From Podarcis melisellensis (lineage: Eukaryota): 64,000 nt of DNA. Of this stretch, positions 1-12,110 are shown piece by piece. Numbering within the stretch: position 1 is the stretch's first letter; every line of letters begins with the position of its first letter. The stretch lies in the NCBI GenBank assembly GCA_964234715.1, contig OZ174277.1, one strand, 5' to 3'. The notes beneath the pieces are model-generated. The model was given only the letters and a program-made list of their open reading frames with translations, was not told the DNA's origin and searched no databases. Both the position numbers and the translations under genes were made by a program.

Positions 1-719
1 GTCTCTGGGATCTTGTTATAGTGGTCACCAAGACTGCAGTGGGCATCAGCTGGAAATGCGGCTCAATAAAGGCATTTTTTAAGGACCCTGGCTAGATTTT
101 TAACTATTTTTTGTGCTTTTATCTTGCATTTTTATCTTGTGAACTGCTCTGAGATCTTCTGATGAAGGGTGGCATATAAATATAGTAAGTAATAAGTAAT
201 AAATTAGAGTTTGGTCAGATAACTAGCTCTGAAATGTTCCGTGCTCTGGAGCAGATACTAACAAGAAAATACTTGTTTCTAATTAGTTGCAGGACCTCTT
301 GGATTCTCTCCAGAAGAGCCAAAACCTTCATTAGTGTCTCTCTGTAATTTGTTCTGAAAGTTTAACTCTCAGGTAGGTTCATTACAACTAGAACAGAGGC
401 CAACAGAAACCTTAAGAGGCTGGGGGAGGCCCTTCATAATACTTTAATTGCTAAGCAAAACCCCAGTTTCAAAGAGTACATTTTTCAATTCACCACTTCT
501 GAAATCACTATGATCTAATGGATTCTACTGGTTTCTGGTGCTCTAATTCCGGATACTTTATTCTGAGTCCATATCTAAAGACTTCAAAGTTCTTGGCCAC
601 ATGATTTTAATGATACTTTTCTGGTCTCTGGATTCTAAAGAAGTAAGAGTGTTATGAGTGATTCTGGTAAGATCATTTCTGCTATGCCAGGTGTTGGTGC
701 AATTCTATTAGGTTAGGTA

Positions 720-865
720 CACCCCACACATTCAAAGCACCCCTCCCAAATAATCCTAGGAACTGTAGTTTGTTAAAGGTGCTGGGATTTGTTGCATTGT
801 GAACTACAATGCCCAGGATTCCTGAAGGAGAAGGTGTGCTTTGAATGCATAGTGTTTCTGCAGCC
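720..865. mobile_element. Degenerate palindromic MITE-like repeat
   Basis: cattcaaagcac ... gtgctttgaatg inverted ends, with an inner ggaactgtagtt/aactacaatgcc inverted pair. Confidence 0.5.
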
Positions 866-1151
866 TAACTGTTGCACATCCGTATTTGCACTCCATTAGA
901 TGGCACCTGCAGATGAGAATAGCAACAAATGCAGACAAGCCATTTCCATTTGCCCCTCATTTCTGCCCTCTTCTGAATGGTGCAATGGCTTTCTGTTAGC
1001 AACTTCTGCCAGTGCTGTAATGACACATCCATGCAATTGTGCCATCCTGATGTATTAGCAGTTGAGTGTGCTTTGCTGGAATGCTAATGATGACGCTCCC
1101 TCTTGACTGCATTTCTCTTGGTGCAAAACCCCCAAGGGGGGAGGGAATTAA

Positions 1152-1279
1152 TCTGTGGTTTGCTGTTAGCTCTTCAACAGTCTTATCCCCAAAGAGGATC
1201 ATCACCCTGTTTTCAAATAAACAGGGTGATGATCCTCTTTGGGGATAAGACTGTTGAAGAGCTAACAGCAAACCACAGA
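1152..1279. repeat. Perfect inverted repeat (61-bp arms, 6-nt loop)
   Basis: 1152-1212 is the exact reverse complement of 1219-1279; loop tcaaat. Confidence 0.97.
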
Positions 1280-1791
1280 CTAAAAAAGAATTCCACATAG
1301 TTGCCCTTTCTCTTTTCTCCCATCTTTCTTGAACCATTACATCTGCCGCTGTTTTAAGAAGAAAGAATTTTTATTTTAGTCCAAGAAAAATTGTGTGGAC
1401 AAGTCATAAAAACATACTGAAAATCAGAATGAAGCATTATACCAGTATAAACAGTATAATACCACTTGCATTTAAGAAGGGATTGAAACTACTGGCATGT
1501 TGAAAGCACTTACACATACTACTGGGCTTTGTGCTAAGAATGTTGCTTTCTCGAATTATTAAACTGAATAGGACAGAAAAGCCAAGTCTCTCTGATAGAT
1601 CTGTGGTTTTCTCCTTTCTCTGTATTATGTATGATAAATTTATGCTTGTACCTAACATCTCAAAATAGCTTTTCTTCATCCACATATGTAATTTCTATCA
1701 GTTGCCTGAAAATTATTGGTTAGGTTTAAAATGCAGTTTGTTTTTGTTTTTACAAAACCATGTGAAGAATGCTCAGCTCATAAATGCATAC

Positions 1792-1983
1792 CTAGATCCT
1801 GATTGTGTGCCTTATCTTGTCCTTCAAAGTAGAGCAAGCTGTATCCACTCCAGAGTTTGCTCATGCCCACTGGACACATGGGCTCTTGATCCGCCTGGCT
1901 GTGCTTCACCAAAAGATATCCCATATTGATGCTGCGGCCGGGCATACCTGGCAGCCCAGGAGTACCTGGGTCACCAGCTGCAC
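1792..1983 (-). CDS. COL4A2: COL4A2 exon (human ex46 equivalent, 192 bp): end of helix and start of NC1
   Basis: [64 protein letters not shown]; AG/GT flanks. Confidence 0.97.
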
Positions 1984-3021
1984 CTGTGGAGAGGAAAAGG
2001 GAACTTAAATGTTGCAGGAAGTAAACTGACTTAAAGGTTTCACTGCTTATGGAAAGAATTCCATAGGAATCTCCATCTGCTCAGTGCTGAATAATCCAGG
2101 AGAAGAGGTTAGGTGTTCACAGCTACTAAGCTGAAGCCATTTTTACAGCAGCTCTGACATCCGATGATAAAAGTGTTTGCTTTATGTGCATATAAACCCT
2201 CCTTAGTGTCACCTGACATCATGTAGTCCTCTTCTACCCTTTTGGCCTGTAGGGCTGGGTGCTGTGTGGCTGAATATTCTGATGTCAGTAGCTCTTATCA
2301 TCTTGCAAGTTTTCCATATGCCAGGAGTTTAAGTGGGGAACAGTAACAGAATGACTCTTACTCTCTTGCCACAACTTTGAACTGAAGTGTGGCAGTTTTG
2401 GCAGGGTGGGTGGGTGGGCTATATCTCCCACAGCTCCATGTCAACAAATTACATTTTGATTTCATTCTGCCCTGTTACGCTATCCAATTCTATTGCAAAG
2501 CACAAGATCTTCACTGCATGCATTGTGGTCTTCCATGCTGGAGTTGTCCCTAAATGAAGCTGACAACAAAGGGGTTCACCACTTTGTGTTTCCTTTTCAG
2601 GGAGGTACAGGGGCGCCCCCATGGTTAGGAATGGGAACTGTGAGCCAGGCAGTGTAGGATAAACTGAAATGCATTTGTTTGGGATTTATTCTTAAATCCA
2701 GGTACTTCTAAAGCTATAAACTGAAAATGGGGCCCCTTTTGTTTAGGAGAGAAGGTGGAACGCCTCATCCAAAATGATGCCCTGCTGCTCAACTACTAAC
2801 AAAGTAAACTTTTTATTTTTAGAATGACTGTTTCCCCCTCATGTGCAATTTTTTTTTGCAGATTTGGTTAACAATCAAGGCTGCGATCCACTGCCACTTA
2901 CCTAGGAATAACGTCTGAGTACACATGCATAAAATTGTGCTAAAAACTCATATAATTAGTTGATGTAAATTTATTTTCAAATGAGCGAAGGGGGGGGGGG
3001 AGACCCAGGACCAGTATTTAC

Positions 3022-3138
3022 CTTCAAAGCCCCCTGGGCCCTGCAGTCCTGTTCTCCCTTGATCACCTCTGAAGCCTGGAGCTGCAGGTATTCCCCCTCT
3101 TCCTTGCAGTCCTTGTTTACCCATGGGGCCTCTAGAAC
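3022..3138 (-). CDS. COL4A2: COL4A2 exon (ex45 equivalent, 117 bp)
   Basis: GSRGPMGKQGLQGRGGIPAAPGFRGDQGRTGLQGPGGFE; AG/GT flanks. Confidence 0.95.
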
Positions 3139-3946
3139 CTTGAAAATAAATTTAAAAAGAATCATAATCCATACCATGTTGTAAGATTTTCATGAGGAAC
3201 AGAGTCCATTCAAGCTCTCTGAATACTAGATGTGCAGATATGAAGCCCAGATAGTCATGTTTTTATGAAGAAGTCAGGAGCAAAGTGACTTGCATGCAGA
3301 AATGGTTGAATAAGGATGGAGTAGGCACATATTATTTGAAGGAAGAGGAAACCATCCTATTCAGGCCTCTTGGTCATCAACAAGAGCAATGCACCTATGG
3401 CAAATACCTCTGACTGCAATTATGGCATACATGTTTGGAATGAGGGTGGAATTGCCTACAGATTTCAGTCTTATCAGGGACAGGGATAGGCGATACAGCT
3501 GTACCAGAATGGGATCTGGAGAAAGAAGAAAAGATTGGATGTGTTTTATTTGTCTAAAGCTCAGCAGGTCAGGTCAGAAAGTACTGGGCATCATTTCCGA
3601 AGCTTGGCATGCCAGCAAATCAACACTAAGCTTGAGTCATGAGCGGCCAGTTATCACATAATGATCCGTCCCCTCTCAGGGAGGTACTTCTGGAATGACT
3701 CCAAAGTGGCAGAAATATGAAAAGTATTGGTACAGAGTTGTACATTCATGGGGAGTTTTCAGTTAGGTTCTCCAAGGTCACCAACTAAATTTCTGTGAGC
3801 CCCTGCCCTGATTTGGATAATTACTGCATGAGCCTTCTTCATTAAAATTCCAATTTATTGGGAGAAAATGTTATATGCAAAACAGGATTGGGCCATGAAA
3901 AACAGCCTTAACTCACTCAGGCCATTTTGCATATCCATGTTCCTAC

Positions 3947-4093
3947 CTGGAGATCCTGGTGGGCCTTGAGGACCCATCTCACCCAACGTGCCAGGAAGCC
4001 CTCTGTTTCCAGGGGCACCTGGGCTCCCTTGTTCTGAAACCAGTTTAGGAAGGACAGGAGGCAGTCCAGGGGAACCTGGAGGTCCCTGAAATC
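3947..4093 (-). CDS. COL4A2: COL4A2 exon (ex44 equivalent, 147 bp)
   Basis: [49 protein letters not shown]. Confidence 0.95.
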
Positions 4094-4676
4094 CTGAAAG
4101 TTAAAAATGCACAATAAAGTAACAGACAGAATATTCCACTTGCCTTGGGCGCTTTTTCTCATTAGTTGACCCAGGAGCTCATTGCTCATGTTCGAAAGCA
4201 GTGTTTGAAACCCCCATTGTTCAAGGCGCATTTTGTGACAGGGAATTTCTTCAGCGTGGGCCGTTTCTGAGCTCCGGGCGCAGTACTGTGCCTAAGATTT
4301 CAGATCAAAACTGCAGAGTGGAAGGAAAGGAGGACCATTTTCTGCCTCCTCACTTCCAGCTACTCTCTGAAGATTGAAGAAGAGAGAGACCCTCTGAAGA
4401 ATATTAAGGGGGTGGGCAGGGGAAGGACTAGACCATGTGAAAAATGAAATAATACTTTAACTGCAGTTCATTCATTTTCAGCTTTGTATTCTTGTTATAA
4501 AAAGTGTGCCTAGACATTCTGTAGTTGTGCCCATACCTTAGGTTTAAAGTGCCATTTAGCTCCTAGCTTTCATATCTCAGTTTCCAACACTGGTTAGAAG
4601 CAGTGGTGGTGTCACGGCAGACTTGGACATGGAGTTCAGCAGAGTAAGTAGGAGGCCTTTAAACCAGAATCTATGT

Positions 4677-4812
4677 CAGATTTCCTCAAACATGGCCCTC
4701 CAGATGTTCTGAGACTACAGTTCCCATCATCCCTGACCACTGGTCCTGCTAGCTAGGGATCAAGGGAGTTGTAGGCCAAAAACATCTGGAGGGCCGAGTT
4801 TGAGGAAGCCTG
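4677..4812. mobile_element. hAT-type MITE (palindromic)
   Basis: cag..ttcctcaaac / gtttgaggaa..ctg termini; internal inverted arms; 8-bp atctatgt at 4669-4676 and 4825-4832. Confidence 0.7.
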
Positions 4813-5200
4813 ACATAGATTCTGATCTATGTTAAAAACTGGCCCAGAGGAGAAGCACACAGTGGCAGAGCAGTGGGATCTCTCCTCCCAGGAGAGCACT
4901 GGTCATTATGCTGTGTCCAAACCCTCTGTTGCCTCCTGCCAATGGAGAGCCTGATTCCTCTGGCCCTGTGGCTCCTTCGTGCCAATGTGAATCTCTGGTG
5001 GGAAGAGCAGAACAAGGTGACATTGGTAGACTATGTGGAACCTCTCTGGTGAGCCTACCATCTCCTAACTCAATCCCTAGCTTCCTGTACCCCTTCTTTG
5101 ACTGTTTGTTAAATTGTAAAATTAAGGCCCCAGGTTAGAATTGATCCATGGCTGACCTCACAGTTACTATTTTTTTATTACCTTCCTATTAGACCAGGAA

Positions 5201-5551
5201 AGGGATGCGGGTGGCGCTGTGGGTTACTCCACAGAGCCTAGGACCTGCCGATCAGAAGGTCAGCGGTTCGAACCCCCGCAACGGGGTGAGCTCCCGTTGC
5301 TCGGTCCCTGCTCCTGCCAACCTAGCAGTTCCAAAGCACGTCAAAGTGCAAGTAGATAAATAGGTACCACTCTGGCAGGAAGGTAAATGGCGTTTCCGTG
5401 TGCTGCTCTGGTTCGCCAGAAGCGGCTTAGTCATGCTGGCCACATGACCCAGAAGCTGTATGCCGGCTCCTTCAGCCAATAAAGCAAGATGAGCGCCGCA
5501 ACCCCGGAGTCGGCCACGACTGCACCTAATGGTCAGGGGTCCCTTTACCTT
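5201..5551 (+). mobile_element. Sauria SINE, full length
   Basis: tRNA-like head (GGTGGCGCTGTGG, GGTTCGAACCC); (ACCTTT) tail; 14-bp TSD tattagaccaggaa. Confidence 0.92.
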
Positions 5552-6649
5552 TATTAGACCAGGAAGGGAAGGACTTTGTAAACCAGTTACATAGACATCC
5601 TGACCCTGAGAGTGCAAAATTGTTTTTTTTTAGTGTTTGCTTTGTTTTCATTTTTATCATTAACAACCACCACCCTCCCTTGATGTCAGGCATTCAAACA
5701 GTTGCCTCTCGCCTTAGCAACCAGGGATCTTTCAAATCCCCCAAAGACCTCAATTCCCTAGACAGAAACCTTCCTCCCCTCTTCTCTTTCTTTTCTTCAC
5801 CATCACTTGCTGTTGCACTACATCACACCTGAGCCTCACAGAAATAAGGGCAGAGAGTGACTGCCTGCTCCTCTCTGGCAATCCTTTTTCTCCCCCTCAG
5901 TCTCAGCTCTTCCGAGGGAAGCCCTTCTCCTACTCTTCCTTAGCTTCACAGGGCAGCCCACTTATCTCCTTCTGCATCATCCTGACACTCCTAACACCTT
6001 GACAGCTGCTGCTTCATTTGTCTCTTCTTTTTTGTCCCTAACTCTGTCATTCCAGCCTGTCATCTGGGGATTTAGCCAGTCTTTATCCTCGCTCGCTCGC
6101 TCGCTCCCTCCCTCCCTCATTCTTTCCTTCCAAGCTTGACCATGTCTCCCTTTCTTGGGAAGATCTGATCTCTCCCCCCACCCCTTGCTGTACTCTGGTC
6201 TTCTGCCTTGGCTGTCTCACCTCAAAACCTCCTTTCCCTTTTCCCTCACTCACTCTTCATAGACCTCCAGCAGATCTAACATGACCCTCCAGGCCTCCCC
6301 ATTTGGCCCGTGAAACAGTTTTCAGGAAGCCCTACCCACCTGCCCCTTAGCTGACATCATAGAAGGCATCAGGTGGGGGACAGAAAGGGGCGGGACTTCA
6401 AAGGTGCAACTGAAAGCTCCCACTTGTTCCTCTGAAGCAGCAAGGTGCACCTTCAATGCTCCAGCCTGTCTTCCATCAGCTGGATGGAAAGGCATTTCTT
6501 CTTCAAACAATGCTGATTACTTTGTTGCTGTCAGGCCAAGCTGTTTTAATTTCTGGTTCCAAATGTGTTTTGATGTATTTTTATTATTGTTTCTAACTTG
6601 TTTGTTTTTATTACTTTGTATTTATAATGTTGGTTTCAAATGCTGTAAG

Positions 6650-7250
6650 TTGCCTTGTACCTTGATTTTGCAGCCTCCAGTTGCTCCTGTTTCCCACCCT
6701 CCCGCCCCTTAAGGTTTCATTCCTTGACCTTGCTATGGACCATGGTTGGTCACCGTTGAGGGGCCTGGTAGGATTTTTTTCCACTTGGCAAATTGGCACC
6801 GGCCACTTGGTTTTTCGCCTACGTCGTAGCAAATGGTCACAACTTTCTTGGTATTGGCAGTTAGGCATTGGTATCGTTATGTAGATGGAAGAGGGGAGGA
6901 AGCGCCATCACCTGCCCCACATATTGAAGGGTAGTCCGATAAAGGATTCCGGGGGGCGTGGCCCTGTCTGAAGCCTATGGAGGTGAGGCCCTAAGGCACA
7001 CCCCCGAGCGGTGACCCCGGGGGAGTTCCTAGTTGATGTGCATCAGCAGGACTCCCCCTACTGGTGGTAACCCTTCCCGGACTTCAAGCGGACGGGCTGA
7101 AGCCAGATATAGTCGGTTAGGACAAATGCCTAAGCCAATACCGTTCATCACCTGTAACCAACAAAGTTGTGGCCTTATTTAGCCCATTAACCTTAATAAT
7201 TGTGTCATGTGTCTTTATTTCCACGGGGGGGGGGGGGACTCGTCACGCAA
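6650..7250 (+). mobile_element. Probable terminal fragment of a DIRS-like retroelement
   Basis: CpG-rich non-coding block; long-range complementarity between 6850-6869 and 7125-7142; caacaaagttgtggcc end motif. Family call is from recollection only. Confidence 0.35.
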
Positions 7251-7520
7251 ATAGCTATATAAAAAATAAACCTGAGGAGGCTGGAAGAAGAAGCCTTTGA
7301 AGGTGCACTCCCACCCGCTGATCAGCTGATTGTGGAAAAGGTGCATCTGGCTCAAGGCTTTCAAATGTCCCTCTCATGTTTCACCTTCAAATTTCTGCTG
7401 AGATTTGGAGGAGAAATGTGGGGTGGGGTGAAAGCCCCTCTGAAAGCCCAGTGGTTTGCGGTGTGTTTTGGTCTACAAAATGCAATAGCATGAACTGGCA
7501 TAGTAGAAATAGTTACTCAC

Positions 7521-7619
7521 CAGGAAATCCTCGGTCTCCTTTGGGTCCAGTGGGGCCAAAGTCACCAGGCGTTCCCAATATGCCAACAAAACCCATGACT
7601 CCTTGTTCCCCTTTATATC
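7521..7619 (-). CDS. COL4A2: COL4A2 exon (ex43 equivalent, 99 bp)
   Basis: [33 protein letters not shown]. Confidence 0.95.
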
Positions 7620-7708
7620 CTTCAAGGCAAAACAATGGTATGGTGTTACTGCATGCCTGCTTAATCTGTTTTGGTAGCTGCTCTTTATACTAGGTTTTTC
7701 CATCATAC

Positions 7709-7870
7709 CTTTTGCCCCAGGGAACCCTGGAATTCCAGGTCTCCCATCTGCGCCATGGTCTCCTCTAAGTCCTTTTGAACCATCTTCTCCAATTATGCCG
7801 ATCTGCCCCACTTCTCCTTTGCTTCCAGGTGGAGCAGCTATTCCTGGTGGTCCTGGTGGTCCTGGGTAGC
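7709..7870 (-). CDS. COL4A2: COL4A2 exon (ex42 equivalent, 162 bp)
   Basis: GYPGPPGPPGIAAPPGSKGEVGQIGIIGEDGSKGLRGDHGADGRPGIPGFPGAK; followed by an 89-bp intron. Confidence 0.95.
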
Positions 7871-7990
7871 CTACAATATATACACAAAGATTAAAACTTG
7901 GGACTGAAAGACCACATAGGCAACATCTTTGGGGGCCTGTCTTCTCCTGATTGTAGCAAGTTAATGTAGAGCTGAATTAAATTGAAGGTA

Positions 7991-8350
7991 CACAGGTGGC
8001 GCTGTGGGTTAAAGCTTCAGCGCCTAGGACTTGCTGATCGAAAGGTCGGCGGTTCGAATCCCTGCTGCGGGGTGCGCTCCCGCTGCTCGGTCCCAGCGCC
8101 TGCCAACCTAGCAGTTCGAAAGCACCTCCGGGTGCAAGTAGATAAATAGGGACCGCTTACCAGCGGGAAGGTAAACGGCGTTTCCGTGTGCGGCTCTGGC
8201 TCGCCAGAGCAGCGATGTCACACTGGCCACGTGACCCGGAAGTGTCTCCGGACAGCGCTGGCCCCTGGCCTCTTAAGTGAGATGGGCGCACAACCCCAGA
8301 GTCTGTCAAGACTGGCCCGTACGGGCAGGGGTACCTTTACCTTTACCTTT
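7991..8350 (+). mobile_element. Sauria SINE (young subfamily)
   Basis: A and B boxes; (ACCTTT)n tail; near-identical to the copy at 47528. Confidence 0.92.
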
Positions 8351-8681
8351 ACAGCCTACCTGCAGCATCCATGTCAATAAGTAAGAGGAAAAGATGGGCA
8401 AGCTGTGAAATGGCATTTCTGATGGTTGGAGAGCAATTTACATCACTTTTCCAGACAAAAAGCTTTTCCTTGGGGTAGCTTCCAATGCTACAATTCTATG
8501 AGTCTACATCTGTGTATCTGGTTATTCCCTGTATCCCTTCTGATAGTGCCTTCTGAATACAGTGTCTCTGAAGCTTCTGCTTTTATCAGCTGCTGCTTTG
8601 CTCAGAGTGGCTGGGGCAGCCCAGTCAGATGGAAAACACATTACCTCATATGAAACTCCACAAGAGATACACAAACCGCTT

Positions 8682-9030
8682 AAGGTAAAAGATAAAGGTA
8701 AAGGATCCCTGGATGGTTAAGTCCAGTCAAAGGTGACTATAGAGTGTGGCAATCATCTCACTTCAGGTCGAGGGAGCTGGCATTTATCAACAGATTACTT
8801 TCTGGGACATGTGGCCAGCATGACTAAACCACTTCTGGCACAACGGAGCACCATAAATGGAAGCCAGAGCACACGGAAACGTCATTTACCTTCCCACCGC
8901 AGCAGTTCCTATTTATCTACTTGCACTGGTGTGCTTTTGAACTGCTAAGTTGGCAGGAGCTGGGACAGAGCAACAGGAATTCACTTCGTTCCACAGATTC
9001 GAACTGCTGACCTTCCGATCAGCAAGTCCA
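8682..9030 (-). mobile_element. Sauria SINE, older, 5'-truncated
   Basis: aaaggtaaagg tail on the plus strand; body motifs tgtggccagcatgactaa and cctatttatctacttgcac. Confidence 0.88.
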
Positions 9031-9278
9031 AACTGTCTAAAGACAAACTCCTAAACAAACCCTGCTTTAGCCAACAGTGGGTGCCCCCCAGCACAGGAAA
9101 AGCATAGTGCTTAGTAGAGACCTAATGTTGAAGCCACAACAATGCTAAAAGACAAAAAGAAAAAGATTCATTTTTGCCAAGGGAACACTCGGTGGCAAAA
9201 CTAAGGCAGTAATATCAAAATATCAAGATAAATCTAAAAGATCTCTGTATCAACTGAAAGTAGTGGGATTGTGTTTAC

Positions 9279-9395
9279 CTGGCACACCATCCAAACCTGG
9301 TGATCCCACATCACCAGGTGCTCCAGATATGTTTGAAACTCCAGGAAGGCCTGGTCTTCCCTCAGGTCCAGGGCTCCCGGGTGAGCCTCTCTGTC
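9279..9395 (-). CDS. COL4A2: COL4A2 exon (ex41 equivalent, 117 bp)
   Basis: [39 protein letters not shown]. Confidence 0.95.
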
Positions 9396-10611
9396 CTGCC
9401 AGTCAGAAATCAAATAGTTACTCCTGGAGATTGATGCACAGGAAAGTTGAAGCGCACACTTTGTTAAATATTTTCAAAAATTGTGAGAATATGTTGTTTG
9501 TTTTTAACAATACTGTCATTATGGTTGCTTCCCATCACAAGAAATTACCGCAAGTTTCACCTATATTCTTGTCTGCAGTTTTTGTTATCATGATTGTGTG
9601 TCTTTTTTGATTTGTATTTTTTCTGGTTTGGTATTATATGTTCATTTTATTTATTGTTTATTTGTATGATGCATAAGTATAAAGTATTTAATAAAAAAGG
9701 GGGTGGGGGAGAAATTAAGTTTCACCAAAGCATATTGTTTCTTCCACATGAGATTACTATACATGCAGGTGTTGCTATCAGAACACTCTTTATCCAAAAC
9801 ACTAAGAGATATCAAAACACAAAGAATTATACCTAAGCATCGCTACACAAATGCCTGATTCAGATACTTGAATAGACAGAGTTTGCCTGCTCCCTTACTC
9901 ATTGGTATTTTGCTGGTCGGCAGCAGCTGTGTGGGCAGAAACAATGCAGCGAAAGAGAGACATCGGACAAATAACAGATTAGAAGTGTTCCCATAGGAAA
10001 TAATGGAAATCATCAGCTTGCTATGTGAACGCTTGCCTAACAATTTCCTGGGAATGCCTTATGTTCAGAAAGCGGAACCTGCATGTAACTTTGTGGGATG
10101 CCAAATAATATAATGGTAGCAAATGATGTAGGATTACAAATCTTACCAATCTTGTTAACAATATTTTCTTTGATAAGTATAAATTCATATTATAAAGATA
10201 TTTAAAATTCAGGAGTTCACATTTTCAGATTACAGGGATAAATTGAGCATTCAGTTTTAAATCAGTTGTTAGGAAGCATTTTTATCCCTTTGCATTCCTA
10301 CTCCTTGCCCTTTACTTTGCTCTGCCCTCCCCCCTTCTCCTGGAGTGGAGTCCCTAAGGCGGTTGAGGGGGCCCTGGTGCGCCTACTTCCGGCAACTCCT
10401 GCAGCCAAGCTGGTGCCAAACGTATTGCTCTGCTTTCCTTTGGATTCCACCAGCGAGGCAGAGAGCCACACATTCTGACTTTCATGTGCCTCTACCCTTT
10501 TCACACACCAATTTGCCATGAGAGTACTTTCTTAAATGAAACCTATAATTTGTTAAATATATTTTGCTAATTGGTGGTGCCATGTATAAAACCATTGAAC
10601 AACAGACTGAC

Positions 10612-10737
10612 CTAGATCTCCTCTTTCTCCTTTCGGACCAGGAGCTCCTCTGCTGCCTTCAATTGGGCTTGGCTCTCCCACGGTACCTTTGTCACCCCAA
10701 ATACCTGGGAAACCTGGTGGGCCATATCCATCTGGAC
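10612..10737 (-). CDS. COL4A2: COL4A2 exon (ex40 equivalent, 126 bp)
   Basis: GPDGYGPPGFPGIWGDKGTVGEPSPIEGSRGAPGPKGERGDL. Confidence 0.95.
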   Translation of the reverse strand, partial: VQMDMAHQVSQVFGVTKVPWESQAQLKAAEELLVRKEKEEI

Positions 10738-10925
10738 CTGTTGTGCAAAAACTTAGATAAATTAGTATCACTTTTCCCAACCTGGAAATGGGCATCTCAG
10801 CAATGTTCATTTTAAACTATCCTATGCATCCTGTGCAGAAAGCTGAAAGGTTTAGACAGATTCCCTAATGAACTTACAATGTAAGATAGCCAACCTCATT
10901 AACCATCAACATAATGTGAACATAC

Positions 10926-10997
10926 CTGGTGATCCTGGAAAGCCCTTGGTACTTGGCAAACCATGTAATCCAGTGATTCCTCTGGCGCCAGCAGCAC
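10926..10997 (-). CDS. COL4A2: COL4A2 exon (ex39 equivalent, 72 bp)
   Basis: [24 protein letters not shown] (Ser at a Gly position). Confidence 0.95.
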
Positions 10998-11449
10998 CTG
11001 CCAAAAAGCCACCCATTATTTGTTATTCTTCGATCTGATTTACCAAATGTTACAGATTTCTCTGGAGGCACTGTAGTTTTTTTAAATGAAACTTCTTCAT
11101 GTGAGCCATTTGCTTTGCACTGATTACTTTACTTTAAACAATTGTGCTCACTAGGATGCAGCAAATAAAGTATTTCTGCTCCATATGAAATGTTTTGCCT
11201 CAAATTCAAAACTTGAGTGTGTTATAGCTCATGAATGACAGTTTGGCTGTTGCTTTTTAAAAACAAATTTCTGACTGGTCAAAACAAAACCATCCTGGAG
11301 GCTAAAGCAAGTCTTTACAAGTTTATAGTCTGATTGTCTGATTCACTGACTCTGAGAAAACATTTAAATTGATTTTATACAGCAGCAACATTTTAGCAAT
11401 AAGATTATAACAAATATTTCAAAAAGATGAAAATACATTGTTAACTGTA

Positions 11450-12110
11450 CAGCCTTATATAACCAAGATACTTAACTTATGAAGGGTTTATGGCCATAGA
11501 GTTAGATATCCTGCCAGGCTTATCTAGGTTGCACTCCCTCGCCTTGGGAAGGAAGAGTTACCAAACTTTTCATTCTCGCTTCTTCCCACCGGGTGAAGCT
11601 TCCAGTAAGGATGTCTAAGCTAAATGCTCCAAGCTTAGAAGGCATGGCTTAAGAAACCCACCTTTGTGCTTCTATACAAATAATTTAGGAACTCTTACTG
11701 CTGTATGGAAAAGGCAATGAATCTGATCTATGGTGTGTTTGTAAGTAAACCATTTTTAACTTACCAAATGTGTGGTCTCTTTCTATGCTAAAGGAAGTGG
11801 AGAGCTTTGGAAATGACATAAAACAGGATATTTTAAAGGTCTAATAGCCTATATTTCCACACTTTACTTTGCTGCATGTTTTGTGATTTTGAATCACTGC
11901 TGGGGCTCTCTCACCAAAGAGTACTTGCCCCAAACCTGGATCCAGGCATCTTAGGGAATTCTTTTATTAACCAATTGCTAAAAAATCCAACGAGGGTTAT
12001 GGGCCCAGGGAGGAATATAATTTGTTGATGTTCCAGGGATGTAATTTCAGATTTTTAAATGAATTTTTAAAGCCTGATTTTTAATAGCAGACCCCCCCAC
12101 CTGTTTTCAC
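11450..12110 (+). mobile_element. Possible decayed solo LTR
   Basis: LTR-like composition with agtaaa signal and ...tttcaca end; no TSD found; boundaries uncertain. Confidence 0.25.

Noticed and set aside
996-1337. Overlapping ORFs on both strands with identical peptides (CGLLLALQQSYPQRGSSPC)
   Set aside because: Artefact of the perfect palindrome.
8186-8380. Repeated small ORF MCGSGSPEQRCH... (also at 47728) as a gene family
   Set aside because: Translation of Sauria SINE copies.
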